From Caecitellus pseudoparvulus (Eukaryota > Protista > Bigyra: Bicosoecida), in contig CBFFRQ010000032.1 in the NCBI GenBank assembly GCA_965644315.1, forward strand, positions 1-64,000: DNA of 64,000 bases, in the 5' to 3' direction. The notes under the pieces are model-generated. The model did not search any database. It saw nothing but the letters and a program-made list of their open reading frames with translations, and was not told the DNA's origin. A program made the translations under genes and the position numbers. This document shows, in pieces, positions 34,193-46,999 of the stretch; position 1 is the first letter of the stretch, and every line of letters starts with the position of its first letter.

Positions 34193-37100
34193 TCAAAGCG
34201 ACTCACGGACCAACTTGAGCGCCCGCGCCGCTCCACCATGCCCCTGCGCTGCCGCCGCCTCATACCACCGCACAGCCTCACCCACATCCTTGCCCACGCC
34301 CCGCCCGTCCCGGTACATGTCCCCCAGCCTGCACTGCCCACCAGCATGACCCTGCTCCGCCGCCCGCCGGTACCACCGCACAGCAGCCCCCTCATCACGC
34401 TGCACGCCCCGCCCATCCCTGTACATGGTGCCGAGATTCACTTGGGCCCCTCCATAACCCTGCTCTGCTGCACGTCGATACCACCGCACGGCAGCCTCGT
34501 CATCCCGTGCCACGCCTTGGCCCACCTTGAGCATGGTGGCCATCCGGTTCTGGGCGCCGGCATGGCCCTGCTCCGCGGCAGCCAAGATCCACTTGGCAGC
34601 TTCAACGAAGTCCTGTGCCACATCCTTCCCATCCCGGTACATCATGCCCAGCTTGAGCTGTGCATCCGCGTCGCCTTTCTCAGCCTCCGCTCGGCATGCA
34701 CGCACCACCTCACTCGCACCCGGTCTTGGTGCCGGTGCCGGTGCTGGGTGCTGGAGCTGGTGCTGGTGCTGCGTTGCTGGCGCTGGTGCCGGCGATGGAG
34801 CCGGGATGCCAGATCACGGACACCCTCCAGCGCCGCGCCGCTCCACCGATGCCCCTGCGCATGCCGCCGGCTGGGCCACCACCGCACAGCCTCACCCCAC
34901 ACTCCTTGCCCACGCCCCTGCCCGTCCCGGTACATCGTCCCCCAGCCTGCTCTTGCCCACCAGCATGACCCTGCTCCGCCGCCCCGCCGGCACCACCGCA
35001 CAGCAGCCCCCTCATCACGCTGCACGCCCCGCCCATCCCCGTAGCATGGTGCCGAGGTTCACTTGGGCCCCTCCGCCAACCCTGCTCTGCTGCAGTGCCG
35101 ATGCCACCCAGCCTCCGCTCGGCATGCACGCACCACATCACTCACACCCGGTCTTGGTGCTGGTGTTGGTGCTGGTGCTGGAGCTGGTGCTGGTGCTGGA
35201 GCTGGAGCTGGTGCTGGCGATGGAGCCGGGATGTCCAGATCACGGATACCCTCCAGCGCCCGCGCCGCTCCACCATGCCCCTGCGCTGCCGCCGCCTCAT
35301 ACCACCGCACAGCCTCACCCACATCCTTGCCCACGCCCCGCCCGTCCCGGTACATGTCCCCCAGCCTGCACTGCCCACCAGCATGACCCTGCTCCGCCGC
35401 CCGCCGGTACCACCGCACAGCAGCCCCCTCATCACGCTGCACGCCCCGCCCATCCCTGTACATGGTGCCGAGGTTCACTTGGGCCCCTCCATAACCCTGC
35501 TCTGCTGCACGTCGATACCACCGCACGGCAGCCTCGTCATCCCGTGCCACGCCTTGGCCCACCTTGAGCATGGTGGCCATCCGGTTCTGGGCGCCGGCAT
35601 GGCCCTGCTCCGCGGCAGCCAAGATCCACTTGGCAGCTTCAACGAAGTCCTGTGCCACATCCTTCCCATCCCGGTACATCATGCCCAGCTTGAGCTGTGC
35701 ATCCGCGTCGCCTTTCTCAGCCTCCGCTCGGCATGCACGCACCACCTCACTCGCACCCGGTCTTGGTGCTGGTGCTGGCGCCGGAGCTGGAGCTGGTGCT
35801 GGTGCTGGTGCTGGTGGTGGTGCTGGCGATGGAGCCGGGATGTCCAGATCACGGATACCCTCCAGCGCCCGCGCCGCTCCACCATGCCCCTGCGCTGCTG
35901 CCGCCTCATACCACCGCACAGCCTCACCCACATCCTTGCCCACGCCCCGCCCGTCCCGGTACATGTCCCCCAGCCTGCACTGCCCACCAGCATGACCCTG
36001 CTCCGCCGCCCGCCGGTACCACCGCACAGCAGCCCCCTCATCACGCTGCACGCCCCGCCCATCCCTGTACATGGTGCCGAGATTCACTTGGGCCCCTCCA
36101 TAACCCTGCTCTGCTGCACGTCGATACCACCGCACGGCAGCCTCGTCATCCCGTGCCACGCCTTGGCCCACCTTGAGCATGGTGGCCATCCGGTTCTGGG
36201 CGCCGGCATGGCCCTGCTCCGCGGCAGCCAAGATCCACTTGGCAGCTTCAACGAAGTCCTGTGCCACATCCTTCCCATCCCGGTACATCATGCCCAGCTT
36301 GAGCTGTGCATCCGCGTCGCCTTTCTCAGCCTCCGCTCGGCATGCACGCACCACCTCACTCGCACCCGGTCTTGGTGCTGGTGCTGGCGCCGGAGCTGGA
36401 GCTGGTGCTGGTGGTGGTGCAGGTGTAGGTAATGGAGCCGGGATGTCCAGATCACGGATACCCTCCAGCGCCCGCGCCGCTCCACCATGCCCCTGCGCTG
36501 CCGCCGCCTCATACCACCGCACAGCCTCACCCACATCCTTGCCCACGCCCTGCCCGTCCCGGTACATGTCCCCCAGCCTGCACTGCCCACCAGCATGACC
36601 CTGCTCCGCCGCCCGCCGGTACCACCGCACAGCAGCCCCCTCATCACGCTGCACGCCCCGCCCATCCCTGTACATGGTGCCGAGATTCACTTGGGCCCCT
36701 CCATAACCCTGCTCTGCTGCACGTCGATACCACCGCACGGCAGCCTCGTCATCCCGTGCCACGCCTTGGCCCACCTTGAGCATGGTGGCCATCCGGTTCT
36801 GGGCGCCGGCATGGCCCTGCTCCGCGGCAGCCAAGATCCACTTGGCAGCTTCAACGAAGTCCTGTGCCACATCCTTCCCATCCCGGTACATCATGCCCAG
36901 CTTGAGCTGTGCATCCGCGTCGCCTTTCTCAGCCTCCGCTCGGCATGCACGCACCACATCACTCACACCCGGTCTTGGTGCTGGTGCTGGCGCCGGAGCT
37001 GGAGCTGGTGCTGGCGATGGTGCTGGTGCTGGCGATGGAGCCGGGATGTCCAGATCACGGATACCCTCCAGCGCCCGCGCCGCTCCACCATGCCCCTGCG

Positions 37101-40100
37101 CTGCCGCCGCCTCATACCACCGCACAGCCTCACCCACATCCTTGCCCACGCCCCGCCCGTCCCGGTACATGTCCCCCAGCCTGCACTGCCCACCAGCATG
37201 ACCCTGCTCCGCCGCCCGCCGGTACCACCGCACAGCAGCCCCCTCATCACGCTGCACGCCCCGCCCATCCCTGTACATGGTGCCGAGATTCACTTGGGCC
37301 CCTCCATAACCCTGCTCTGCTGCACGTCGATACCACCGCACGGCAGCCTCGTCATCCCGTGCCACGCCTTGGCCCACCTTGAGCATGGTGGCCATCCGGT
37401 TCTGGGCGCCGGCATGGCCCTGCTCCGCGGCAGCCAAGATCCACTTGGCAGCTTCAACGAAGTCCTGTGCCACATCCTTCCCATCCCGGTACATCATGCC
37501 CAGCTTGAGCTGTGCATCCGCGTCGCCTTTCTCAGCCTCCGCTCGGCATGCACGCACCACCTCACTCGCACCCGGTCTTGGTGCTGGTGCTGGCGCCGGA
37601 GCTGGAGCTGGTGCTGGTGCTGGTGCTGGTGGTGGTGCTGGCGATGGAGCCGGGATGTCCAGATCACGGATACCCTCCAGCGCCCGCGCCGCTCCACCAT
37701 GCCCCTGCGCTGCTGCCGCCTCATACCACCGCACAGCCTCACCCACATCCTTGCCCACGCCCCGCCCGTCCCGGTACATGTCCCCCAGCCTGCACTGCCC
37801 ACCAGCATGACCCTGCTCCGCCGCCCGCCGGTACCACCGCACAGCAGCCCCCTCATCACGCTGCACGCCCCGCCCATCCCTGTACATGGTGCCGAGATTC
37901 ACTTGGGCCCCTCCATAACCCTGCTCTGCTGCACGTCGATACCACCGCACGGCAGCCTCGTCATCCCGTGCCACGCCTTGGCCCACCTTGAGCATGGTGG
38001 CCATCCGGTTCTGGGCGCCGGCATGGCCCTGCTCCGCGGCAGCCAAGATCCACTTGGCAGCTTCAACGAAGTCCTGTGCCACATCCTTCCCATCCCGGTA
38101 CATCATGCCCAGCTTGAGCTGTGCATCCGCGTCGCCTTTCTCAGCCTCCGCTCGGCATGCACGCACCACCTCACTCGCACCCGGTCTTGGTGCTGGTGCT
38201 GGCGCCGGAGCTGGAGCTGGTGCTGGTGGTGGTGCAGGTGTAGGTAATGGAGCCGGGATGTCCAGATCACGGATACCCTCCAGCGCCCGCGCCGCTCCAC
38301 CATGCCCCTGCGCTGCCGCCGCCTCATACCACCGCACAGCCTCACCCACATCCTTGCCCACGCCCTGCCCGTCCCGGTACATGTCCCCCAGCCTGCACTG
38401 CCCACCAGCATGACCCTGCTCCGCCGCCCGCCGGTACCACCGCACAGCAGCCCCCTCATCACGCTGCACGCCCCGCCCATCCCTGTACATGGTGCCGAGA
38501 TTCACTTGGGCCCCTCCATAACCCTGCTCTGCTGCACGTCGATACCACCGCACGGCAGCCTCGTCATCCCGTGCCACACCTTGGCCCACCTTGAGCATGG
38601 TGGCCATCCGGTTCTGGGCGCCGGCATGGCCCTGCTCCGCGGCAGCCAAGATCCACTTGGCAGCTTCAACGAAGTCCTGTGCCACATCCTTCCCATCCCG
38701 GTACATCATGCCCAGCTTGAGCTGTGCATCCGCGTCGCCTTTCTCAGCCTCCGCTCGGCATGCACGCACCACATCACTCACACCCGGTCTTGGTGCTGGT
38801 GCTGGCGCCGGAGCTGGAGCTGGTGCTGGCGATGGTGCTGGTGCTGGCGATGGAGCCGGGATGTCCAGATCACGGATACCCTCCAGCGCCCGCGCCGCTC
38901 CACCATGCCCCTGCGCTGCCGCCGCCTCATACCACCGCACAGCCTCACCCACATCCTTGCCCACGCCCCGCCCGTCCCGGTACATGTCCCCCAGCCTGCA
39001 CTGCCCACCAGCATGACCCTGCTCCGCCGCCCGCCGGTACCACCGCACAGCAGCCCCCTCATCACGCTGCACGCCCCGCCCATCCCTGTACATGGTGCCG
39101 AGATTCACTTGGGCCCCTCCATAACCCTGCTCTGCTGCACGTCGATACCACCGCACGGCAGCCTCGTCATCCCGTGCCACGCCTTGGCCCACCTTGAGCA
39201 TGGTGGCCATCCGGTTCTGGGCGCCGGCATGGCCCTGCTCCGCGGCAGCCAAGATCCACTTGGCAGCTTCAACGAAGTCCTGTGCCACATCCTTCCCATC
39301 CCGGTACATCATGCCCAGCTTGAACTGTGCATCCGCGTCGCCTTTCTCAGCCTCCGCTCGGCATGCACGCACCACCTCACTCGCACCCGGTCTTGGTGCT
39401 GGCGCCGGTGCTGGCGCTGGAGCTGGAGCTAATGTTGGTGCTGGCGATGGTGCTGGTGCTGGTGCTGGAGCTGGAGCTGGAGCTGTTGCTGGAGCTGCAG
39501 GCGGTGCTGGTGCTGGTGCTGGAGCTGGAGCTGGAGCTGGAGCTGGAGCTGGAGCTGGCGCTGGTGCTGGTGCTGGTGCTGGTGCTGGAGCTGGTGCTGG
39601 AGCCGGTGCTGGAGCTGGAGCTGGAGCTGGTGCTGTTGCTGGAGCTGGAGCTGGAGCTTGAGCTGGAGCCGGTGCTGCATCAACGCTAACTTTGCCAGCC
39701 ATGCATGCGGTGCGATCTTTTGCAGCAGTTTCACCAAGCGCAGCTGCCTGATTGTAGCACTGTTGCGCTTTCGGTGCGTCTTTTGGCAGCCCAATGCCGA
39801 GTCTGTACATGTCTCCAAGCAGCGTCAATGCTTTGCGGTGACCTTGGTCCGCGGCAGCTTTGTACAGGCGAGCGGCTTCGACTACGTCCTTGGGCACGCC
39901 CAAGCCAAAGTGGAACAGAAACCCCAAGTTAAGTTGGGCAGACGCCTGGTCCTGTTCTGCTAGGCCCTTGTATCTGGACACAGTCTGCTGGCTAACAGTA
40001 CACTGCCCCTGCGTGGGTTTGCTACTTGGACTCGCTGTCAGAGCAACTGCCCCCGAGCCGCTTTTCGAGCCCTTGCCAGCATTCTTGGTCCCGTGGCTTG

Positions 40101-40188
40101 TTGGTTGTCTTTGGTTGGGCTGCAAATCAGCGGAACAGGAACAGCATGCGGTACCAGAGTCCTGTACTGCTTGACTGAACCCCAGCAC
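34193..40188 (-). CDS. Sel1-like repeat protein built from tandem ~201-aa cassettes with Ala-Pro linkers
   Basis: Motifs AQ..LG.MY..G.GV..D...A..WY..AA.QG. 1709-aa ORF plus terminal ORF 34193-34708, separated by a garbled segment at ~34710-35110. Start codon uncertain. Confidence 0.85.
34214..39395. repeat. Tandem array of 603/609-bp units with a 1815-bp higher-order period
   Basis: Equivalent positions at 35564, 36173, 36776, 37379, 37988, 38591 and 39194 (spacings 609, 603, 603, 609, 603, 603), plus 34527. Confidence 0.92.
39396..39677. repeat. Hexamer coding repeat (GCTGGW)n encoding a poly(Ala-Pro) linker
   Basis: Read directly. Confidence 0.9.
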
Positions 40189-40666
40189 AAGTACTCGCGC
40201 TTGCCCGCCACGCCAACTGCTAACCCTTATTGGTCACGTGATCACGCCTCCCACTCACCATTGTGTTATCTCAAGGGTTGCCTTGTTAGAACGAAGGCCA
40301 GTGGTTGGGTTCCTGGGCTTGAGACTTTCCCCGGCTCAGCTGCGCCGAGCAGGGCGGTGCAGTGGGCTTCTTCACGCTCAACTCCTGGAGCAAAGAAGTT
40401 CCAAGCGACTCCTTCAACACCATTACAGGGTAGCAAGTAAAGTGAATGAAGATCTCATAGCAAGTGATATGACATGATCACAGTTCTGTTTCAATCGAAA
40501 ACATACGTGCGAAGGGTAGTCGAGGCAACCTGAACCTCTCCGGCAACAAGTCGCACCAAGGCTGTTCACGAGCAAATCCGCCTGTATCATGCCGCAAAAG
40601 GGGTAAAAGCACACGCCCACTCTCAAGCTGAGTCCTGATATGGATCCAGTTCGTACTATCAGCACA

Positions 40667-43030
40667 CTAGTCGTACTGGCCGCTCTGTCCACGGGAGCGG
40701 CGCACCGCTCTGAGGAGCACCATCGACTTTCGAGCATGCCGAGTGCTTGCCCCGCTCCAAACTGCGTCAGCTCTCGCTTGCCTTGCAGATTCGCCACGCT
40801 CATTCACTGCGGCCGCTGGAAGGGCTCTGTCGCCTGTCAACGCAAGGAGTTCACGAACAATTTGGTGGTGGTGGTTCGACCAAGCCCACCGAAAGCCAGC
40901 GTCAGGTCCACTTCCATCATCGGCATGAACGTCCACTTGCCGGTCGCCTGTAAGGGCCAGCAGCTCACGTACAACGCCGACATGGCCGTAGTCGCTTGCA
41001 GAACGAAAGCCAGCCTCTGGTCCACGCCCATCTGCCGCGTGCACATCGACCTTCCGAGGACCACTCAACGCGAGCAGCTCACGGACCACGGCTAGATGTC
41101 CGTTGAAACAGGTCCACCTGAAAAAGTACTCTGGTCCTTCTCGATCGCCGGCGTGGACATCCACCTCACGGCCATCCTGGACAGCGAGGAGCTCGCGGAC
41201 TACGCTCGCGTGACCCTGCAGGCACGCCCATCGAAAGGGGGCCTCCGGACCGAGGCTATCAGCGATGCTGATGTCTATTGTGCGATGCCCTGTCAAGTTC
41301 AGGAGCTCGCGCACGACTGCGAGTTGGCCATTGTGGCAAGCCCAAGTGAAGGCCCACTCGCCCATTGCGTGCACATCCACGGCACGGTCTCCTTCCAGGG
41401 CCAACAACTCCCGAACGACTGCAACATGGCCACCATGGCAGGCGCGGCGGAAAGCGGCTTCAGGTCCCTCCCTGTCTGCAGCATGAACGTCCACCTCTCG
41501 TGCTCCAGTCAGCTCCAGCAGGGTTCGGACGACCTGCACATGTCCATTTCGGCAGGCCAGTCGCAGGGCAGCCTCTGGCCCATGGCGGTCTCCTTCATGC
41601 ACATTCACACTCTGACCATTGCTCAGATCCAGCAGCATTCGCACGATCCCTGCGTGGCCATACTCACATGCAAGCCGGAACGGGGCTTCTGCCCCAGCCC
41701 AATCAGTAGCATGCACGTCAACTCTTCGCGGGCCTTCCAAGGCCAGCAAAACGCTTGCGACGTCAGTTCTGCCGCGCAGACACGCCCAAAGAAAGCCTCC
41801 TTCATCCAAAGCGTGAACGTCCACCTCCCTTTCACCAGTCAGTGACAAGAGCTCATGCAAAACAGACAGGTGGCCGTTGCGGCACGCGCGGCGAAAGGCA
41901 AACTCCTTCGCCGCGTGAACATCGACAAGTCGCTCGCCTCCAAGGGCCAACATGGCGCGCACCACATCGACATGTCCACCTGCGCATGCCAGCCGGAACC
42001 CTACCTCTGGCCCAGCCCCATCGCCCGCGTGCACATCCACCGCCCTGTCACCTGTCAAAGCAAGCAATTCCAGCACGATGCTCAAGTGCCCGCGCTCACA
42101 AGCTGCTGTGAAGCCCCCTTGAATCCCGGCCTTCCACTCAACTTGTCGGTCACCGCTCAGCGCAAGAAGGTCACGCGTGACACCCAGGTGACCATTGCGG
42201 CATGCCCCCCGAAAGGCAGCTTCCGGTCCCTGACAGTCTGGCGCATGTGTGTCCACTTCCCGGGAAGCACCGAGACAGAGGAGCTCTCGAACCACAGCAG
42301 GGTGCCCGTTGCGGCAAGCACAACGATATGCATATTCTTGGCGGGCGTGGACATCAATTGCCTGATCACCAGTCAGCGCCAGCAGCTCTTGCACGACACG
42401 AACGTGCCCGTTGGCACACGCCCACCTGAACCCGTACTCGTGCTGGGCATGCACATCGACTTGGCGGGGCCCCGACAATGCCAGGAGACACTGCACAACA
42501 CCTACATGGCCGTTTTGGCACGCACAGCGAAAGCCGTACTCATGCAGAGCGTGCACGTCCACCTGGCGTTCTCCCTGGAGCTCCAGCAACAGGAGCACAA
42601 CAGGAAGGTGACCGTTCTCACAAGCAGCACGGAACGCGGCCTCAGGCGCATCCCTGTCCCTTGCATGAACATCCACTGAGAGGGAACCGCGCAAAGCAAG
42701 CAGCTCGCGCACTACTTCGGGGTGTCCACTCGCACAAGCTCGCCGAAAGCCAGCCTCAGGTCCAACACCATCTCCAGCATGCACGTCCACCGCGTGTTCA
42801 CCCTGCAAAGCCAGCAGCTCCCGCACCAAGTCCAAGTTTCCTTTAGCGCAAGCCAGTCTAAAAGCCTTGCATCGCTTGGTGTGCGAAGCTGCTGCTCCCG
42901 CACCCTTCTTTGCCAACACCTGGCGCTGCTTGCTGGCTTCGCCAACTTCGCACACAGCCAACTGCGAAACGGCTGACGCTTCACTGCTCGGGGCTTCCAC
43001 CGAAGAGAGGGTGCTACTGGCCGCTGCCAT
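40667..43030 (-). CDS. Ankyrin-like repeat protein (long paralog)
   Basis: Many VDVHA...E..FR.AC..GH..VV.ELLAL.G repeats of 33 or 38 aa. Likely start is MAAASS at 43030. Confidence 0.85.
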   Translation of the reverse strand: MAAASSTLSSVEAPSSEASAVSQLAVCEVGEASKQRQVLAKKGAGAAASHTKRCKAFRLACAKGNLDLVRELLALQGEHAVDVHAGDGVGPEAGFRRACASGHPEVVRELLALRGSLSVDVHARDRDAPEAAFRAACENGHLPVVLLLLELQGERQVDVHALHEYGFRCACQNGHVGVVQCLLALSGPRQVDVHAQHEYGFRWACANGHVRVVQELLALTGDQAIDVHARQEYAYRCACRNGHPAVVRELLCLGASREVDTHAPDCQGPEAAFRGACRNGHLGVTRDLLALSGDRQVEWKAGIQGGFTAACERGHLSIVLELLALTGDRAVDVHAGDGAGPEVGFRLACAGGHVDVVRAMLALGGERLVDVHAAKEFAFRRACRNGHLSVLHELLSLTGEREVDVHALDEGGFLWACLRGRTDVASVLLALEGPRRVDVHATDWAGAEAPFRLACEYGHAGIVRMLLDLSNGQSVNVHEGDRHGPEAALRLACRNGHVQVVRTLLELTGAREVDVHAADREGPEAAFRRACHGGHVAVVRELLALEGDRAVDVHAMGEWAFTWACHNGQLAVVRELLNLTGHRTIDISIADSLGPEAPFRWACLQGHASVVRELLAVQDGREVDVHAGDREGPEYFFRWTCFNGHLAVVRELLALSGPRKVDVHAADGRGPEAGFRSASDYGHVGVVRELLALTGDRQVDVHADDGSGPDAGFRWAWSNHHHQIVRELLALTGDRALPAAAVNERGESARQARADAVWSGASTRHARKSMVLLRAVRRSRGQSGQYD

Positions 43031-43487
43031 GAGTAAATTTATAGATGTTGGTCTGGTACACAGCGCACACGCGGCCCGTCTATGCCCTGCCTGCACAGCC
43101 GTAGGCTTGTCACGTTTGGCGTGGTGACGCAATTTCCGCAGCTTGCACTACTTGCGAGGTGCCCCACAGGAAGGCAACCCGGGCACACAAACCCGGATCT
43201 CTACCGAAAAGATTGATTTATTGTTCTTTGGGGTGTTCGCATTCGTTTGACTTGTCGGGGCGCATTGATTGCCCCTCTCAGCAGCCAACCAACACCCAAC
43301 AAAAAACCAACTCCCACGCAACACACAGTGCCCCTGCGGCACCCGAAAGGCAGCAGTACCGAAATCCAAACACGGTATCCTAAAACGCATGTCTTTTTCC
43401 AGACGCCGCAGCACTTGACTTGGGCAGGCTCTCAATGCTGACACGCTTGGCTTGGAGTGACTAATCCTCACACCCTGCGACGCCAAT

Positions 43488-44276
43488 TCAAGTCATAATC
43501 TCTCGTCGGAGCAACACAATAGCATTGCGTCCTCGTCGCAAACTCGTTCCACTCCATACTGCATCCTTCGCCGGTCGGACAGCCACAGGTCCAGCGCCCA
43601 GCCTTGCCTGCAGCGGAATGGAACGGGCGCCTGTCAAGCCCAGCAGCTCCCGCAGCACCCCAGCATGCATGCCCTTGCATGCCCCACGAAAGGCACCTCC
43701 AGGCCCATCCCTATCCTGTGCGTGTACATCCACCATCCGGCTGCCGCTTAGCTCCAGCAAGGCGCGGACAACTCCCACATGGCCCTTCTTGCAAGCCAGC
43801 TTCAAGCCCTGCTCTGGCCCAGACGCGTCTCCCACATGCACATTCACTGCCCTGTCACCCTCGAGGGCAAGCAGTTCCCGTACGACCCCTTCATGCCCAC
43901 CAGCACATGCCCAGCGAAAGGGCGCCTCATTCCGACCATGCACCCACGACATCCGGCCGCACCACAGGCTCAGCAGCTCGCGCACGACATCAACATGCCC
44001 ATTTCGACACCCCCAAAGCAGGCCGTACTCTAACACATTCCCAGTCCACGGCTGACTTTCCCTTGGCAAGGCCAGTAGCTTCCGCACCAAACCAACATGG
44101 CCGCTCTTGCAAGCCACTCGAAAGCCAGCGACAAGGTGTCCATCCGAAAGCGCCCCTTCTTGCACGCCACCTTGCTCTCTCTGGGTTTCTAGAAGTTCGT
44201 CAAGTGTGTCGGAATCCCTTGCCATGCATGCGGCTTTCCACTGATCCGCAATGGTGACAGCACCCTGTCCAGACAT
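43488..44276 (-). CDS. Ankyrin-like repeat protein (short paralog)
   Basis: Same repeat type and same C-terminal DAVW.G.S.R.GR motif. Likely start is MSGQG. Confidence 0.8.
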   Translation of the reverse strand: MSGQGAVTIADQWKAACMARDSDTLDELLETQREQGGVQEGALSDGHLVAGFRVACKSGHVGLVRKLLALPRESQPWTGNVLEYGLLWGCRNGHVDVVRELLSLWCGRMSWVHGRNEAPFRWACAGGHEGVVRELLALEGDRAVNVHVGDASGPEQGLKLACKKGHVGVVRALLELSGSRMVDVHAQDRDGPGGAFRGACKGMHAGVLRELLGLTGARSIPLQARLGAGPVAVRPAKDAVWSGTSLRRGRNAIVLLRREIMT

Positions 44277-44925
44277 CCACGGATTCGTCCGATTTCCGCA
44301 CCCACAACCACTCCGCAAGAATCCTTGCACGGTATGGCAGCAAAGACGATTAGCACGCCCACAGTCGTCCATAGACAGAGGGTTGCACCTTATATCATCC
44401 TAAAGCCGTTGGAACTACTTTAGTTCTTTCTGAAATACAAGATAAGCTGCATTGTCCAACTTGACGGAGACTTCGTGACGTCGCCCTCGCTGAATGCGCT
44501 GCAGCTCACAGCCCGAACCACTCACCACACGCCTTGCCTCCCATGGCTTCCTACACAAGTGGCGCAGCGTTCACTTGCCTCAAAATTACAGTTGGCAGGC
44601 CAGTCAGCGATCTTCGTTGAAGGAATTCGAAGGGCTCGCAACAAACCAGCGACCCCAAGAGATTCCTTTGCTGCACGGCAGATAATTGTACTTCCACATA
44701 CCCATGCACAGGAATCCAATGCTTAGAAGTTCTCTTTCCGCAGCGAGGGAAGTTCAGCGTGCTTCTTCCACAGCTTTCCCTTTGTCTCATGGAGCGAATT
44801 CCGCACTCGCCGGCTCACATCTCCTAGCGGCGCGCAAAAATTCAAACAGCACTCTGCGAAAGCACACAGTCGAGATCAACGCGTTCCTCCTCTCTTCCAT
44901 TCGCGCGGGATATCTCCACCTTGCC

Positions 44926-46990
44926 ATGACGCTGGCATGCGTGCCGGGGCCACCACGCCAAGCTCGTCGGGCGAAGCTGCCAGCCTTGGCGTTTGTTGCA
45001 GTCGTGCTGGCAGCTCTCAAGGGGCCTGTACGCGCGGGACATGTGTCATCTCAACTCAAGGACGACGTCCATCGCTTGCAGGAGGCGGCACTGTCCAAGG
45101 ACGCGAATCCAGTGTACGAGCGACTGGCCTACACTTGTGTGAGTCGCGTGCGCAGCTTGCCTGGACTGCCTGAGCCCCCCTGCGGCACAGCCCTGGATGG
45201 CCAGACAGCAATGATGTGCCCTGTTTGAACCTATGAGAATGGAGTGCCAGCGCACGCTCTCCTGCTCCAGGCGCACACGGCTGCACGCCTGCCTGGACGC
45301 TTGTTCGCAGGATACGTTTGGACCACGCTTTGCCGGGTCACAGGCGCTGAACGCGGCAGGGGAGTACGTGCACAGCCAAGCCACCAGCGATGGTCTCAAT
45401 GCCACGTTGGAATCGGTCATGGTGCCCCAGTGGGTCAGGGGCGAAGAGTGGGGGCGCATGCTGCTGCCCCGTAATAAGCCGCTGCATTTGGTCGGGCTGG
45501 GCGGCACGGTGCACACGCCGCTGAACGCGAGCACTGGGCGCCCTGGTGTCCTGGAAGCAGATGTCCTGGTCGTGAGCAGCATTGCTGAGATGCAGCAACA
45601 GGCTGCCCAGGTGCCTGGCAAGATCGTGCTCTTCAACGTGCCCTTTACGACGTACGGTGAAACGGTGCCGATCCGGTCTGGCGGGGCCGTCGCCGCTGCC
45701 AAGCTGGGCGCGGTGGCAGCGCTCGTGCGGTCTGTGACGCCGTTTTCCCTGCAAACTCCGCACACAGGGGCTGGCGCTGCGGGGGGCAACATCTCTGTCA
45801 TCCCCAACGCTGCAGTGACTGTGGAGGACGCCGAGCAGATGGCCCGCATGGCGGAGCGAGGCATGCGCATCCGAGTCGCGCTGTACTTGGAGGGGGAGTA
45901 CCGCGGGCGTGTGGAGAGCCACAACGTGGTGATGACGCTGCCAGGAACCGACCTGGCACACGAGTACATTGTGATTGGCGGGCACTTGGACAGCTGGGAC
46001 ATTGCCGAGGGTGCCATGGACGATGGCGGTGGGGCCTTCATTGGCTGGGCAGCGTTGAAGCTCATGCACGACCTGGGCCTTCGTCCGCGGCGAACCATCA
46101 TGGCCGTCATGTGGGTGGACGAAGAGTTCCAACAGACTGGCGCTGCTGCCTTCCGGCGTGCCCACGATGACCTGCTGCCCAACATCAGCTTCGCGCTGGA
46201 ATCGGACGAGGGCACGTTCACCCCGTTCAAATTGGGATTCAGTGGATCCCAGGCGGCCTTTGGCATCTTGCAGGAGGTGGGCGCCAGCCTGCTGACCCAC
46301 CTGGGCGCGGGAAATGTGACGGTGGGAGGGGGCGGCGAGGACATCTCGCCGCTGTGTGAGACGGGAGTGCCCTGCGCTGGGTTTAAGGTGCTGGACCCAC
46401 GCATTGGGCCATACGCAAACAACCCTTGCCTGCCGATCACAGGCGGGCAGGTGCCGCTGCGGTCGACGTGGCCAGGGGGCATGCCACCAGGCGGCATTTC
46501 CAACGGGTACTTCTGGCTGCACCACACTGCAGCCGACTCCATTTCGCACATCAACGACACTCAACTTCGACTGAGCTCAGCTGTCATGGCCACGTGGGCG
46601 TATGCACTGGCTAGCATCGACGCCTCTCTGCCCAGGGATGGGCCGCCTGCCGTGCAGCCCGTGCTGCCCCTGCCGAAAGCGCCAGCCACTGCGGACAGGA
46701 AGTGCATCGAAGACGACGTGCGCATTGACGCAGGCATCGGCGTCGGCGTGCTCGCACTGCTTGCCGTGTCGTGTCTAATAGCGTATGTGCTGGGAGTGGC
46801 TGTGGGCACCACTGCTCCATCCGGCCTCAAACACGCAAGCCTCTGCCGCGTTGCACAGTGGGGGCTGGCCTGTGGCACCTGCTGTGGGAAAGGGAAGGGT
46901 GGCGACTATCGCAATTTGACGGCCAGTGCCGAGAAGCAGGCAGCACAGCCTCCTGCACCGTACGGCGCCACGTCAGCCAGCACCGCCTGA
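44926..46990 (+). CDS. CPQ: Carboxypeptidase Q / plasma glutamate carboxypeptidase (peptidase M28 with PA domain) with C-terminal hydrophobic helix
   Basis: YERLAYTC|DTFGPRFAGS across intron 45139-45310, plus VPQWVRGEE, GKIVLFN, SLQTPHTG, GGHLDSWD, GAMDDGGG, RPRRTI, EE, ALESD and YFWLHHTAAD. Confidence 0.9.
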
Positions 46991-46999
46991 GTCCCCCGC

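Noticed and set aside
34710-35110. Distinct degenerate Sel1 unit or pseudogene
   Set aside because: Dense small indels within an otherwise near-perfect array suggest a consensus or assembly artefact.
34193-39400. CRISPR-like array
   Set aside because: Units are ~600-bp coding repeats without unique spacers, in a eukaryotic context.
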